Origin: Anaeromyxobacteraceae bacterium
GTDB taxonomy: Bacteria; Myxococcota; Myxococcia; Myxococcales; Anaeromyxobacteraceae
Reading direction: 5' to 3'
DNA: 35,714 bases
Assembly: GCA_049696175.1 (NCBI GenBank)
Contig: JBAVTL010000503.1
Span: 1 to 35,714 of the forward strand
Shown here one piece after another: positions 9,226-21,517 of the stretch. The notes under the pieces were generated by a model that was not told the DNA's origin, made no database searches, and was given only the letters and a program-made list of their open reading frames with translations. The first letter of the stretch is position 1. Each line of letters begins with the position of its first letter. The translations under genes were made by a program, and so were the position numbers.

Positions 9226-9582
9226 ATGGCCATGGCCGCTATCGTCAAGAAGGTCGCCTGCGAACCGCCCCCTCCCACCGCCGAGGGGCCCGACGTCCGC
9301 CCGGTCGAGGGCCCAGCCGCCGACGAGGAGCTGGCGCTCCTCACCAAGGCCGTGGGCCACCCTGCGCGGGTCCAGATCCTTCGCCTCCTGGCCCGGCGCA
9401 CCACCTGCGTCTGCGGCGACATCGTGGACGAGCTCCCGCTCGCCCAGTCCACGGTCTCCCAGCACCTCAAGGTGCTCAAGGAGGCGGGGCTCATCAAGGG
9501 CGAGATCTCCGGCCCGCGCGTCTGCTACTGCCTCGAACCCCGCGCGCTTCGGCGGCTGCGGGCGCTCATCGGAAGCCTCTAG
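9226..9582 (+). CDS. arsR: ArsR/SmtB-family metalloregulatory repressor
   Basis: Likely start MAMAAIVKK at 9226. [46 protein letters not shown] is a winged HTH with a CVC metalloid-binding motif. Confidence 0.9.
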   Translation: MAMAAIVKKVACEPPPPTAEGPDVRPVEGPAADEELALLTKAVGHPARVQILRLLARRTTCVCGDIVDELPLAQSTVSQHLKVLKEAGLIKGEISGPRVCYCLEPRALRRLRALIGSL

Positions 9583-9587
9583 CTCTC

Positions 9588-10727
9588 ATGGAGCCGCAAG
9601 TGACCCAGCCCGCCGCGGGCGTCGCCCGACGCCTCTCGTTCCTCGACCGCTACCTGACCCTCTGGATCTTCGTCGCCATGGGGGCCGGCGTCGCGCTCGG
9701 CTTCCTCGCGCCGGGCGTCGTGCCCCTGCTCGACCGGCTGTCGGTCGGGACGACGTCACTCCCCATCGCAGCCGGACTCATCCTCATGATGTACCCACCC
9801 CTCGCGAAGGTCCGGTACGAGGAGCTGCCGCGGGTCCTGAAGAACGGACGGGTCCTGAGCCTCTCGCTCGTCCAGAACTGGATCGTCGGGCCGATCCTGA
9901 TGTTCGCGCTGGCGGTCGTCTTCCTGCGCGACAAGCCCGAGTACATGGTCGGGCTCATCATGATCGGCCTCGCCCGCTGCATCGCGATGGTGATCGTCTG
10001 GAACGACCTCGCCGGCGGCGACACGGAGTATTGCGCCGGGCTCGTCGCCTTCAACTCGATCTTCCAGGTGCTCTTCTTCTCGGTCTACGCGTGGGTCTTC
10101 GTCACCGTGCTCCCCGGCTGGCTCGGGCTCCAGGGAGCCGAGGTCCACATCACGATCGGCGAGATCGCGAAGAGCGTCTTCGTCTACCTGGGCATCCCCT
10201 TCATCGCAGGGATCGCCAGCCGCTTCGGGCTCCGCGCCCTCAAGGGGGAGGAGTGGTACCGGAAGGTCTTCATCCCCCGGATCTCCCCGCTCACCCTCAT
10301 CGCCCTGCTCTTCACGATCGTCGTGATGTTCTCCCTCAAGGGGGAGACGATCGTGCAGCTCCCGTTCGACGTGGTCAGGATCGCGATCCCGCTCCTCATC
10401 TACTTCGTCGTGATGTTCTTCGTCTCCTTCTTCATGAGCCGCCGCCTCGGCGCGACCTACGGCCAGACGGCGACCCTCTCCTTCACCGCCTCCTCCAACA
10501 ACTTCGAGCTGGCCATCGCCGTCGCCGTCGCCACCTTCGGGATCCACCACGGCGCCGCCTTCGCCGCGGTCATCGGCCCGCTCGTCGAGGTGCCGGTCCT
10601 GATCGGGCTCGTGAACGTCGCGCTGCGGCTGCGCGACCGCTTCTTCCCGGGGGAGACGGGTGAGCTCGTGCGGGTGTCCAACTGCGCCGTCACGGTCGAG
10701 GGGCCGGCCGCGCGGAGGGCGCCGTGA
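9588..10727 (+). CDS. acr3: ACR3-family arsenite efflux transporter
   Basis: [39 protein letters not shown] and [15 protein letters not shown] are ACR3 hallmarks. About 10 TM segments. Confidence 0.92.
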   Translation: MEPQVTQPAAGVARRLSFLDRYLTLWIFVAMGAGVALGFLAPGVVPLLDRLSVGTTSLPIAAGLILMMYPPLAKVRYEELPRVLKNGRVLSLSLVQNWIVGPILMFALAVVFLRDKPEYMVGLIMIGLARCIAMVIVWNDLAGGDTEYCAGLVAFNSIFQVLFFSVYAWVFVTVLPGWLGLQGAEVHITIGEIAKSVFVYLGIPFIAGIASRFGLRALKGEEWYRKVFIPRISPLTLIALLFTIVVMFSLKGETIVQLPFDVVRIAIPLLIYFVVMFFVSFFMSRRLGATYGQTATLSFTASSNNFELAIAVAVATFGIHHGAAFAAVIGPLVEVPVLIGLVNVALRLRDRFFPGETGELVRVSNCAVTVEGPAARRAP

Positions 10728-11173
10728 GCTCGCCTTGGGAGGCCGAAGCCGCGCGCATCCGCGACGCGCGCCCGCGCCACGTCCTCTTCCTGTGCGTCGC
10801 CAACTCTGCGCGCAGCCAGATGGCCGAGGGGATCGCCCGGTCGCTGGCGCCCGCGGGGGTGAAGGTCTCCTCGGCGGGCTCCGCCCCGTCCCGGCTCAAC
10901 CCGCTCGCGGTCCGCGCGCTCGCCGAGATCGGCATCGACATCAGCGCCCACTTCTCGAAGAGCGTGGACGGCGTCCCGCCCGGCGACGTGGACGCCGTGA
11001 TCACCCTCTGCGCCGAGGAGGTCTGCCCGGTCTTCCTCGGGAAGGCGCTCCGCGTCCACTGGGGGCTGCCAGATCCAGGGGCGGTTGCCGGGGACGAGAC
11101 CGCGCGGCTCCAGGCGTTCCGCGAAGTCCGCGATGAGCTTCGCCGCCGGCTCGCAGCCGTCTTCGCCGGCTGA
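10724..11173 (+). CDS. arsC: Arsenate reductase, LMW-PTP type (thioredoxin-coupled)
   Basis: GTGA overlap with the acr3 stop. [18 protein letters not shown] is the CX5R P-loop. Downstream Cys pair [10 protein letters not shown] is as in pI258-type ArsC. Confidence 0.9.
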   Translation: MSSPWEAEAARIRDARPRHVLFLCVANSARSQMAEGIARSLAPAGVKVSSAGSAPSRLNPLAVRALAEIGIDISAHFSKSVDGVPPGDVDAVITLCAEEVCPVFLGKALRVHWGLPDPGAVAGDETARLQAFREVRDELRRRLAAVFAG

Positions 11174-11282
11174 CTCCCCCTGAGTCCGGGGAGGGCTTCA
11201 TTCGGGATCGTGAAGCTTTCCTGAACGGCCCATGCGCTTCCGGGTCCTTTCGGAGGCTCGCCCGCGCGCGTAGGGTCCGCTC

Positions 11283-13348
<2,066 letters not shown>

Positions 13349-13357
13349 GCTGCCGCT

Positions 13358-13388
13358 GGTGGTGTGCCCGCGCGCCGGGCACACCACC
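13358..13388. terminator. GC-rich hairpin between convergent genes (bidirectional terminator candidate)
   Basis: ggtggtgtgcccg (13358-13370) pairs perfectly with cgggcacaccacc (13376-13388): 13-bp stem, 5-nt loop, 10 nt after the AKR stop. Confidence 0.6.
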
Positions 13389-13441
13389 GGACCGGCGGGT
13401 GGAGGAGCGGTCGCCCGGCTACGCGGCGAGGCCCCCCTTCT

Positions 13442-14968
13442 TCAGGCCTGGAGGCCGTGAGGCGCGCGGCAGGTCTTGTCGTACAGGTCGCGGAAGACGT
13501 TGTCCGGGTCGGTCGCCGCCTTCACGGCCTCGTAGTTCTCGCGGTTCCAGGTCTTCCAGAAGTCCTCGCGCGAGTAGTAGTTGTGCGAGATGAGCGTCTT
13601 GAGCCCGCCGAGCTCGAGCAGCTTCTCCTCCAGCGCCACGTGCAGGTTGGCGCCGGGCGGCTGCCGCATCCCGTAGATGGCCAGATCGAGGAAGAGCCGA
13701 TCGTCGAGCCCGTCGAAGAAGCGCGACGAGAGCCACTCGTAGTCCCGCACGCGCCGGTACGGCACGCACCAGATCGGGAAGTGGCCGAAGGTTGGCTGGT
13801 ACCACTCCATGAACGCCTCCACCTTCGAGAAGGGGATGAAGGTGTCGACCGTGATCCTGGGCTGACCGTCGGGGAGCAGGCGGCTGAGCAGCCGGGCGAC
13901 GCGGAGCGCCTGCTCCGAGCCGATGAGCCGGCCGAAGAGCAGCCGGCCGATGAACGACTTGGGGTGAACGTTGGTGACGCCGTGGTCGTACCGGAAGTAG
14001 TAGTCGGGGGTGCGCAGGTAGTCCTCGTCCCGCGTGCGCGTGGTGCGGTAGTAGACCCGCGTCCAGTCGTACCGGTGCGTGTAGGGAGCGCGATCGACGA
14101 AGCGGCCGGCGCAGAGCGACCACTCGGTCGGCGAGTGGATGATGCCGTCCATGAAGTCGACGTCCCGGCGCTCGAAGTGGCCCCAGATTGCCGCCTTGTA
14201 GGCGGCGAGCGTCTGGTGCTGCTCGTAGACGACGTGGACGAACGGCTTGGCGGGGACCAGCCTGAACTTCAGGCGGGTGAGCACGCCGAGCGTGCCGAAG
14301 GCGCCGTGGATCATCTGGAAGAGCAGCCGGTGCTCGTTCTCGGGAGTGCAGACCAGCACCTCCCCCCGGGCCGTGAGCAGCTCGTACTCGAGGCAGCTGT
14401 CGGCGAAGCCGCCGTACTGGAACGACGCCGACTCGAGGGAGCAGCCCGAGACGGCCCCTCCGATCGTGATGGTCTTCAGCTCGGGGACCACCAGCGGCAC
14501 GAGCCCGTGCTTCAGCGTCGCCGCCACCAGATCGACGAAGGTCACCCCTGGCTCCGCCACGCAGACGCGCGCGTCGGGATCGATGGAGAGGACCTCGTCC
14601 AGGTCGCCGATGTCGATCGGCTCGTCCGAGAGCTTCAGGTCGTGCGCCTTCGGCACCTCGTGGGCGGTGGCCCGCTTCCGGATCCAGACCGGGCGCGCGC
14701 CGTCACGCTGCCGGAGCTGCCGCGCGATGCGCTCGAGCTTCGTGGCGTGGTCAGCGGACCACGCCGGGCGCTGCGCGACGTCCTGGGAGAGGTGAGACAA
14801 GGGCCGGCTCCGATGCCCGTGGCGATGGTGCGTCGAGCTGTTCCCGGGTCCTCGCGCCGCATCGGCAGGATCCCGGGCTCCACCCAGAAGCAGACTTCCG
14901 GCGCGCTGCCTTGTCCAGATCGACCGCGCGACCGGAAGGGGCGTGGTCATCGAGTGCGAGAGGGCCAC
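13442..14968 (-). CDS. FAD-binding (PCMH-type) oxidoreductase, DHCR24/DIMINUTO-like
   Basis: LVPLVVPELKTITIGGAVSGCSLESASFQYGGF...YELLTARGEVLVCTPENE...GAFGTLGVLTRLKFRLVPAKPFV and the C-terminal DPDNVFRDLYDKTCRA look colinear with my recollection of eukaryotic delta-24 sterol reductase. Start is uncertain (14968 or 14950). The first 70 aa or so are low complexity and His/Arg-rich. Confidence 0.78.
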   Translation of the reverse strand: MALSHSMTTPLPVARSIWTRQRAGSLLLGGARDPADAARGPGNSSTHHRHGHRSRPLSHLSQDVAQRPAWSADHATKLERIARQLRQRDGARPVWIRKRATAHEVPKAHDLKLSDEPIDIGDLDEVLSIDPDARVCVAEPGVTFVDLVAATLKHGLVPLVVPELKTITIGGAVSGCSLESASFQYGGFADSCLEYELLTARGEVLVCTPENEHRLLFQMIHGAFGTLGVLTRLKFRLVPAKPFVHVVYEQHQTLAAYKAAIWGHFERRDVDFMDGIIHSPTEWSLCAGRFVDRAPYTHRYDWTRVYYRTTRTRDEDYLRTPDYYFRYDHGVTNVHPKSFIGRLLFGRLIGSEQALRVARLLSRLLPDGQPRITVDTFIPFSKVEAFMEWYQPTFGHFPIWCVPYRRVRDYEWLSSRFFDGLDDRLFLDLAIYGMRQPPGANLHVALEEKLLELGGLKTLISHNYYSREDFWKTWNRENYEAVKAATDPDNVFRDLYDKTCRAPHGLQA

Positions 14969-15046
14969 GCGAAATGCGGACGTCCCGTGACGCAGCTGGA
15001 CGTTCGCGCCTGCACGCCGTCCGCGCCTCGGTTAGATTCCAGTGCA

Positions 15047-15855
<809 letters not shown>

Positions 15856-15859
<4 letters not shown>

Positions 15860-16617
15860 TCTCGCTCGGCCTGCGCACGCTCCTCGTCAAGGAGGTGCGC
15901 CGCTTCCTCCGGGTGCCCGGCCAGACGCTCGCGTCACCCTTGGTGACCACCACGCTCTACTTCCTGGTCTTCGGCTGGTCCATCGGCCACCAGCTCCGCG
16001 CCGTGGACGGCGTCCCCTACGCGCGCTTCATCGTGCCGGGCCTGGTGGTCATGGGGGTGGTGCAGAACGCCTATCTCAACAGCGCCTCCTCGCTCTTCGT
16101 CATGAAGCTGCAGGGGACCATCGTGGATCTCCTGGTCTCGCCGCTCGCCTACTGGGAGATCCTGGCCGGCTTCGTCGGGGCGGCGGTGGTGCGGGGGCTG
16201 CTCATCGGCGGCGTCACCTGGCTGGTGGCCGCGCTCTTCACCGGCTTCGGGGTGGCCCACCCGCTCCTGACGCTCGCCATGCTGGTCCTGGTGGCGGTGG
16301 TCTTCGCCGGCCTGGGGGTGGCCTCCGCCATCTGGGCCCAGACCTTCGAGCAGGTGAACTTCTTCCCGACCTTCTTCATCCTCCCGCTCACCTTCCTGGG
16401 CGGCGTCTTCTACTCGGCGCGCGCCCTGCCGCCGGCGCTCGAGCCCTTCACCCGGGCCAACCCGGTCTTCTACATGGTGGACGCGGTCCGCTACGGGATG
16501 CTGGGCATCTCCGACGCGCCGCCCGCCGCCGGCGCGGCGCTGGTCGTGGTCCTGGCCCTGGCAGCGCTCGTCGGCCCCTGGCTCCTGCTCAGGTCCGGCT
16601 GGCGGCTGCGCGGATAG
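15856..16617 (+). CDS. ABC-2 type transporter permease (YadH-like)
   Basis: GTGA overlap with the ATPase stop. Six predicted TM segments. N-terminal LLVKEVRRFLRVPGQTLASPLVTTTLYFLVFG is typical of ABC-2 permeases. Confidence 0.85.
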
Positions 16618-16665
16618 CGCGGGCGACCCTGCGGAAGGTGGAGGAGGTCCGTGCCCTTGCGGGGT

Positions 16666-19542
16666 TCAGCCGCCGCTGCTGGATAGAGGAGGCGAGCTCG
16701 TCGCGAACGCAGCGCGAACCTCCGACATCCACGCCGCGATCGGCGGAGCCGACGCGCCCATGGCCTCGAAGAGCGCGGGGAGCCCCATCAGGTCGCCGAC
16801 CGGGACCCACTCCCCCTTGACCTCGACCTCGAGCGCCGGGCAGAGGGCGTAGGCGCCGCGCCGCACCCGCTGGAAGAGACGCCGGCCGTACGGATTCGTC
16901 GAGGCGATCTCGTTCTTGCCGAGGAGGGAGGACAGGTACTCCCGCCGGCGTCGGTAGTCGGCGAGGGTGCCGCGCGGGAGGCCGGCGACCAGCCGCGCCA
17001 GGCCGGGGGCATCGACCACCGGGACCCCACCCTGGCGGACGGCGCCATCCATCATGCGCCGGAGCTGCACGAGGCAGAGCTGCACGAGGAACCACTCGCC
17101 GGTGGTCGGGTCGAGCTTGACCATCCGGTCGCCGAGCTTCACCTTGAGTGGCGCGGTGGCCAGCTGCTCCCACACCCGCTGGAAGGCGGCCGCCTTGACG
17201 CCGCGCTGCTCGAGCCAGGCCGCCAACGCCACCCGCAGGGCGGTGCGGCCGGCCGTGTCGACGGCTTCGCCGTCGGCGCCCAGGGCCAGCAGCTCGGTCG
17301 CCAGCTCGTCCTGGCCGAGCCGAGCCGCCACCATGAGCGGGGTCTCGTTGAGCGGGTTGCGGAAGTCCAGGCCGTGCGCGCGGAGCTGGTCCTGGAGGCG
17401 CGGGGAGCGCCGCTGCTGGTACTCGGCGTAGTACGTGGCTTCGATGTAGGCGCGCCCAGACTCGGCCTTCCGCGCGTGGCGGAACCCGGCGGCCACCAGC
17501 CGCGGCAGCAGCGACGCGGCGTCGTACGTGACGGCGAACTCGAAGAGGAGTTGCTGGGCCGCCTTGTCGGTCGGCCCCGGGCCGAGCGCCCGGTCCCGGA
17601 GCCCGGCCAGCGCGGCCCCGTCGGCCACGGCCCACGGGACCGGTCGGACCTCGAGGATGTCGCGCCGGATCCGCTCGGCCTGCTCGGCCTTCCCCTGCAG
17701 CTCGAGCCGCCTCGCCTCGCGCTGCCACTCCTCGCGCGACGACTCCTCGGCGGGCAGCTCCACGGCGTCCCCAGCCTCGCCGACGGCCAGGAGCGCGAGG
17801 AGCGGGTGGCCGGGGTCGGCCTCGATCACCACCAGCGACTTCACCGCCCTAGTCATGGCGACGTAGAGGGCGTTCACGTAGAACTTGTAGGCGTCGAGGC
17901 TCTTGTCCGCCTTGTCGCGCGCCCGGGCGTACTCCAGCTCGCCATCCAGCTCGGACGGCGCGACGCCGGCGGCGCACTCCCTGAACTCCCTGGCCGCGCC
18001 GCTCACCAGGTTGAAGAGCACCACGTTCTCGTACTCCAGCCCCTTGGCCTCCTGGACCGAGAAGAGGAGCGGCGTGGAGAAGGCCGCCCGGGCCGCCGCC
18101 TTGTCCTCGTCGCGGAGCACCACCACCGCCGTCCGCGCCGAGCGCCGGGTCCGGGCGTCGAGCTCCGCGCGCACGGCCGGACCGTCGGCCAGCAGCTCGA
18201 CCCGTCCCTCCTCGCCGCTGACGCACTCGACCAGGTAGTTGCTCTCCCGGTCCACCGAGCCGAAGCGCCGCTGCTTGACGAGCAGCAGCCGGTTGGCGAG
18301 CGCCGTCACCGCCCGGGTGTTCCGGTAGTTGGCGGACAGGACGTGGATCCTGTCGAGTGGCGTCGGGTCGCCGCGGCGGCCGCCGTCACCGTGGAAGAGC
18401 CCCTTCACCCGGGCCCAGGAGAAGAGGTTGGGGTGCACGATCTGGTTGGAGTCGCCGCAGAGCAGGAAGGCGTGCTTGTCCCTCAGGGTGGCCAGCGCCA
18501 GCCGGAGCTCGACCGGTGTGACGTCCTGCACCTCGTCGATCACGAGGAAGTCGTAGCGCTCGGGCGCCAGGCTCCGCCGCTCCCACGCGGCCACGTTGGC
18601 GTCGAAGAGGGCGTGCTCGCGCAGGTGGGCGAGCCACCTCTCGAAGACCCGGTAGACCACCCGGCGCTCCTCGCCGAGGAAGATCGACTGCCGGACGCCC
18701 AGCGCGAGGTACTCCTCCTCGCCGAGGTGCGGCCCCTCCTCGGCCGAGCCCGTGAGGACCCCGGTCACCTCCTCGAAGATCCGGTGCGGCTCCCGCAGCT
18801 TGAAGGTGCCCTGGTGCCGGCCGTACCAGGCCGCGAAGTCCGACCAGCGCGCCTCTCGCCCCGACGGCACCTTGACGGTCTCGACGAGCTCCGCCAGCGA
18901 GAGGAAGTCCACCTCCTGCCCTTCGTTGGCGTAGCGATGGGCGTAGTAGAGCGACCGCGCGTTCTCGACCAGGAACGAAGACCGGGTGAGGTAGAGCCCG
19001 TGGCCAGCCAGCGTCTTGAGCTTCTCCAGGGTGAGGGCGGTCTTGCCCGAGCCGGCCGAGCCGATGACGATGAGGGGCAGCGGCGTGCTGAAGACGGCCG
19101 CCTGGGCGTCGTCGAACGAGAGCGGCTTGTCCAGGACGTGCAGCACCGTCGAGGCCGGGTTGAGGTAGGCCATCCGCTCGGCCTCGACCCCCTTCCAGCC
19201 CCCCTCGGGCGAGCGGTCCGGGGTCGGCGCTGCCTGCACCGGCTCGAAGTCCGCCTCGGTCGCCTCGCCGCCGCCGAGGAATCGGGATCGCGCGTAGTCG
19301 TGGTTGTGCACCACCTCGAGGACCAGCAGCACCCGTCGCCCGCCGTGCTCGCCGAACTTGAAGAGGAGCCGGTTCCGTTCGTCGAGCCTGGCGCGGTAGA
19401 GCGCCGTCCCCTTCAGCTTCCTGGCGTCGGCGGCGCGGAAGTCGCCCGCGCGGAGCTGCTGGATGGCGAGCTCGACCTGGCGGCCGAGCTGGCGGACCTC
19501 CAGATCGCGGTACACGAGGACGTCGATGGGCTGGTCGAACAC
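16666..19542 (-). CDS. 958-aa multidomain protein: RelE/ParE-like N-domain + UvrD-like SF1 helicase core + ankyrin-containing C-terminal region
   Basis: GTG start at 19542, the first start after an in-frame TAG. Residues 45-85 read GTALYRARLDERNRLLFKFGEHGGRRVLLVLEVVHNHDY (RelE/ParE-type pattern). Helicase motifs: GSAGSGKT (nt 19039-19062), FLVIDEVQD (18523-18537 covers DEVQD), GDSNQIV, NYRNTRAV, SVQEAKGLEYENVVLF, LYVAMTRAVKSL. ANK-like NETPLMVAARLGQDELATELLALGADGEAVDTAGRTALRVA lies at about nt 17218-17355. Confidence 0.85.
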   Translation of the reverse strand: MFDQPIDVLVYRDLEVRQLGRQVELAIQQLRAGDFRAADARKLKGTALYRARLDERNRLLFKFGEHGGRRVLLVLEVVHNHDYARSRFLGGGEATEADFEPVQAAPTPDRSPEGGWKGVEAERMAYLNPASTVLHVLDKPLSFDDAQAAVFSTPLPLIVIGSAGSGKTALTLEKLKTLAGHGLYLTRSSFLVENARSLYYAHRYANEGQEVDFLSLAELVETVKVPSGREARWSDFAAWYGRHQGTFKLREPHRIFEEVTGVLTGSAEEGPHLGEEEYLALGVRQSIFLGEERRVVYRVFERWLAHLREHALFDANVAAWERRSLAPERYDFLVIDEVQDVTPVELRLALATLRDKHAFLLCGDSNQIVHPNLFSWARVKGLFHGDGGRRGDPTPLDRIHVLSANYRNTRAVTALANRLLLVKQRRFGSVDRESNYLVECVSGEEGRVELLADGPAVRAELDARTRRSARTAVVVLRDEDKAAARAAFSTPLLFSVQEAKGLEYENVVLFNLVSGAAREFRECAAGVAPSELDGELEYARARDKADKSLDAYKFYVNALYVAMTRAVKSLVVIEADPGHPLLALLAVGEAGDAVELPAEESSREEWQREARRLELQGKAEQAERIRRDILEVRPVPWAVADGAALAGLRDRALGPGPTDKAAQQLLFEFAVTYDAASLLPRLVAAGFRHARKAESGRAYIEATYYAEYQQRRSPRLQDQLRAHGLDFRNPLNETPLMVAARLGQDELATELLALGADGEAVDTAGRTALRVALAAWLEQRGVKAAAFQRVWEQLATAPLKVKLGDRMVKLDPTTGEWFLVQLCLVQLRRMMDGAVRQGGVPVVDAPGLARLVAGLPRGTLADYRRRREYLSSLLGKNEIASTNPYGRRLFQRVRRGAYALCPALEVEVKGEWVPVGDLMGLPALFEAMGASAPPIAAWMSEVRAAFATSSPPLSSSGG

Positions 19543-19618
19543 GCCGTCACCCTATCAAGAAGTCCTCGCCCATCGCGCGCGTGGGGCGCAACGCCCGCTG
19601 TCCGTCAGTTCACCGGCC

Positions 19619-20134
19619 TCAGAGCCGCCTCCGCACCAGACCGTCCCACGCGGTCCCCTGGATCCACGGCAGGAGCTGCTTGAGCGCCTCGCGCTCGCCG
19701 ACCGCCTGCGTGCGAACCAGGTCGAAGTCGTCGCCTCCCTTCGGCACGAACTTCCACGAGCCGAGGTAGTGGACCCCCGCCCCACCGATCGCCTTGGTCG
19801 TCGGGTTACGTCCTGCCTCCTCCGGGAGCTTGTAGATGCGCGTGACGATCCCGTCCTGGAAGCCGCCGGTGATCCAGCAGCGCCCCGGGGGGACGCCCTC
19901 CTGGTAGAAGAGCCCCTTGCCGTCGGTGTGCATGTGCCACCAGGGCTTCCCGCCCTTACGGTCCTCGCAGGCGAGCGGCACCTTGCGCCAGTACGAAGGG
20001 GACCTCGAGAGGTCGAGCTGAATGACGACGAGCGAGTGCTCGGCGCTCGTCCGCTCCCCGACGTAGGGCGTAGCGCAGGCCGCCGCCAGCAGCGGGACGG
20101 TGAGTGCGATCGTGCGCGCGAGCCGTGTCGTCAT
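19619..20134 (-). CDS. Lipoprotein of unknown function
   Basis: MTTRLARTIALTVPLLAAAC gives a signal peptide plus lipobox. No recognisable domain. Lies 76 nt upstream of, and co-directional with, the helicase fusion gene. Confidence 0.6.
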   Translation of the reverse strand: MTTRLARTIALTVPLLAAACATPYVGERTSAEHSLVVIQLDLSRSPSYWRKVPLACEDRKGGKPWWHMHTDGKGLFYQEGVPPGRCWITGGFQDGIVTRIYKLPEEAGRNPTTKAIGGAGVHYLGSWKFVPKGGDDFDLVRTQAVGEREALKQLLPWIQGTAWDGLVRRRL

Positions 20135-20216
20135 CGTGTAGGACCCTCCGCTCGGAGTATAGGCCGGCGATGAGTCATGAATGCATCGACGAGCCCGGGG
20201 GCCGCCCGCCCGGCAG

Positions 20217-21293
20217 CTACGGCTTGCCCCCTTTCCACTTCCGCAGCTGAGCCACCTCGTCGTGGAGCTGGCCCCACACCCGCTCGGCCTGTCGCCGGCC
20301 GTGCTCGTCGCGCCGCAGCGCGTTTGCCCGGGCCTCGTGCTCGAGCTTCCGGTGGTGCTCGAAGCGCGCGGCCTCCAGCGCCCCCGACTCGACTGCCTCC
20401 TTCACGGCGCAGCCGGGCTCGTCCTCGTGCCGGCAGTCGCGGAAGCGACATCGGCCGGCCAGCGCCGCGATGTCGCCGAAGGCCGTGTCGAGGCCGTCCT
20501 CGTCGAGCAGCTGCAGCTCGCGCATGCCCGGCGTATCGAGCAGCAGGCCGCCGCCGGGCAGGAGGACGAGCTGGCGATGCGTCGTGACGTGGCGACCTCG
20601 GTCGTCGCCTGCGCGGACCTCCCCCGTGCGCATCCGCTCCTCGCCGAGCAGGGCGTTGGCCAGCGTCGACTTGCCGGCCCCGGAGGAGCCCACCAGTGCC
20701 ACGGTCATGCTGGGCTCGACGCAGGCGCGCACCGCGTCGATGCCCTCTGAGCGGAGCGCGCTGATCACGTGAACCGGCACGCCGACGGCGTGACTCTCGA
20801 CCTCGGCGACCCGCGCGCCGGCGGCGTCGCACAGGTCGGACTTGTTGAGGATCACGAACGGCTGGGCGCCGCTCGCCCAGATGCGGGCGAGGTAGCGCTC
20901 GATGCGGCGGACGTTGAAGTCGGCGTCGAGGCCGCAGACGGCGAACACCAGGTCTACGTTGGCCGCGACCACCTGCGCGCGCGCCGCGCGTCCGGCCGCT
21001 CCGCGGGAGAAGACCGTGCGCCGCTCGAGGACGCGCTCGATGACGGCCGTACGGCCGGGGCCGGGCGCGTCCTCGAGGAGGACCCAGTCGCCGACGCCGG
21101 GAGTCGCGTCCTCCCCGAGCTCGAGGCGCAGGCGGCCCGCGAGCCGGGCGCGCCCCGGCCCGGTCCTGGACCAGACCTCGTACTCACCGCGATGCTCGGC
21201 GGCGATGCGAGCGGGGATGACCGCGCCACCGTGCGATGGAGGGAGCTGCCGTTCGAAGAAGGGGCCGAAGCCCAGAGCAGAGAGCTCGTACAT
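20217..21293 (-). CDS. rsgA: Ribosome small-subunit-dependent GTPase A
   Basis: Likely start MYELSALGF at 21293. Circularly permuted GTPase motifs NKSDL ... VGSSGAGKSTLANALLG ... DTPGMRE and Zn knuckle CRFRDCRHEDEPGCAV. Confidence 0.92.
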   Translation of the reverse strand: MYELSALGFGPFFERQLPPSHGGAVIPARIAAEHRGEYEVWSRTGPGRARLAGRLRLELGEDATPGVGDWVLLEDAPGPGRTAVIERVLERRTVFSRGAAGRAARAQVVAANVDLVFAVCGLDADFNVRRIERYLARIWASGAQPFVILNKSDLCDAAGARVAEVESHAVGVPVHVISALRSEGIDAVRACVEPSMTVALVGSSGAGKSTLANALLGEERMRTGEVRAGDDRGRHVTTHRQLVLLPGGGLLLDTPGMRELQLLDEDGLDTAFGDIAALAGRCRFRDCRHEDEPGCAVKEAVESGALEAARFEHHRKLEHEARANALRRDEHGRRQAERVWGQLHDEVAQLRKWKGGKP

Positions 21294-21517
21294 GATGCCC
21301 TCTGGCTGGGGATCCTTCCCCCGCCGGTCCGAAGGATAGCACTGAGGGGCTGGCCGCCCGCAATCTGCGCCGGCTCCGCGAGGCGACCGCCGCCGAGGCG
21401 CTGCGGCGGAGGTGGCCAAGGCCGCGGAACCCCGAGGGTCGGAGGGCGTGCGGGCCGGGGCGCCGGGTGTGGCTCCCGGTTGATGGAAGGACGGGGCGCG
21501 AGGTAGAAGCCCCCGTC

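Noticed and set aside
9089-9228. Two TATCGT-N8/9-CGATG-like elements in the arsR upstream region
   Set aside because: The shared core is only 4-6 nt with different spacing, too weak to distinguish from chance. I kept only the 13-bp perfect palindrome, as a low-confidence operator.
13364-15046. 5' two-thirds of the 831-aa ORF 13364..15859
   Set aside because: It is antisense to the DHCR24-like gene and low complexity. Only the 3' portion from about 15047 encodes the ABC ATPase.
16618-16665. Expected terminator between the convergent ABC permease and helicase genes
   Set aside because: I found no convincing stem-loop by eye in the 48-nt gap, so no terminator is called.
17374-19683. 769-aa plus-strand ORF
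   Set aside because: It is antisense to the helicase fusion gene, whose motifs are unambiguous. The composition is a biased low-complexity R/G/E/P/L string.
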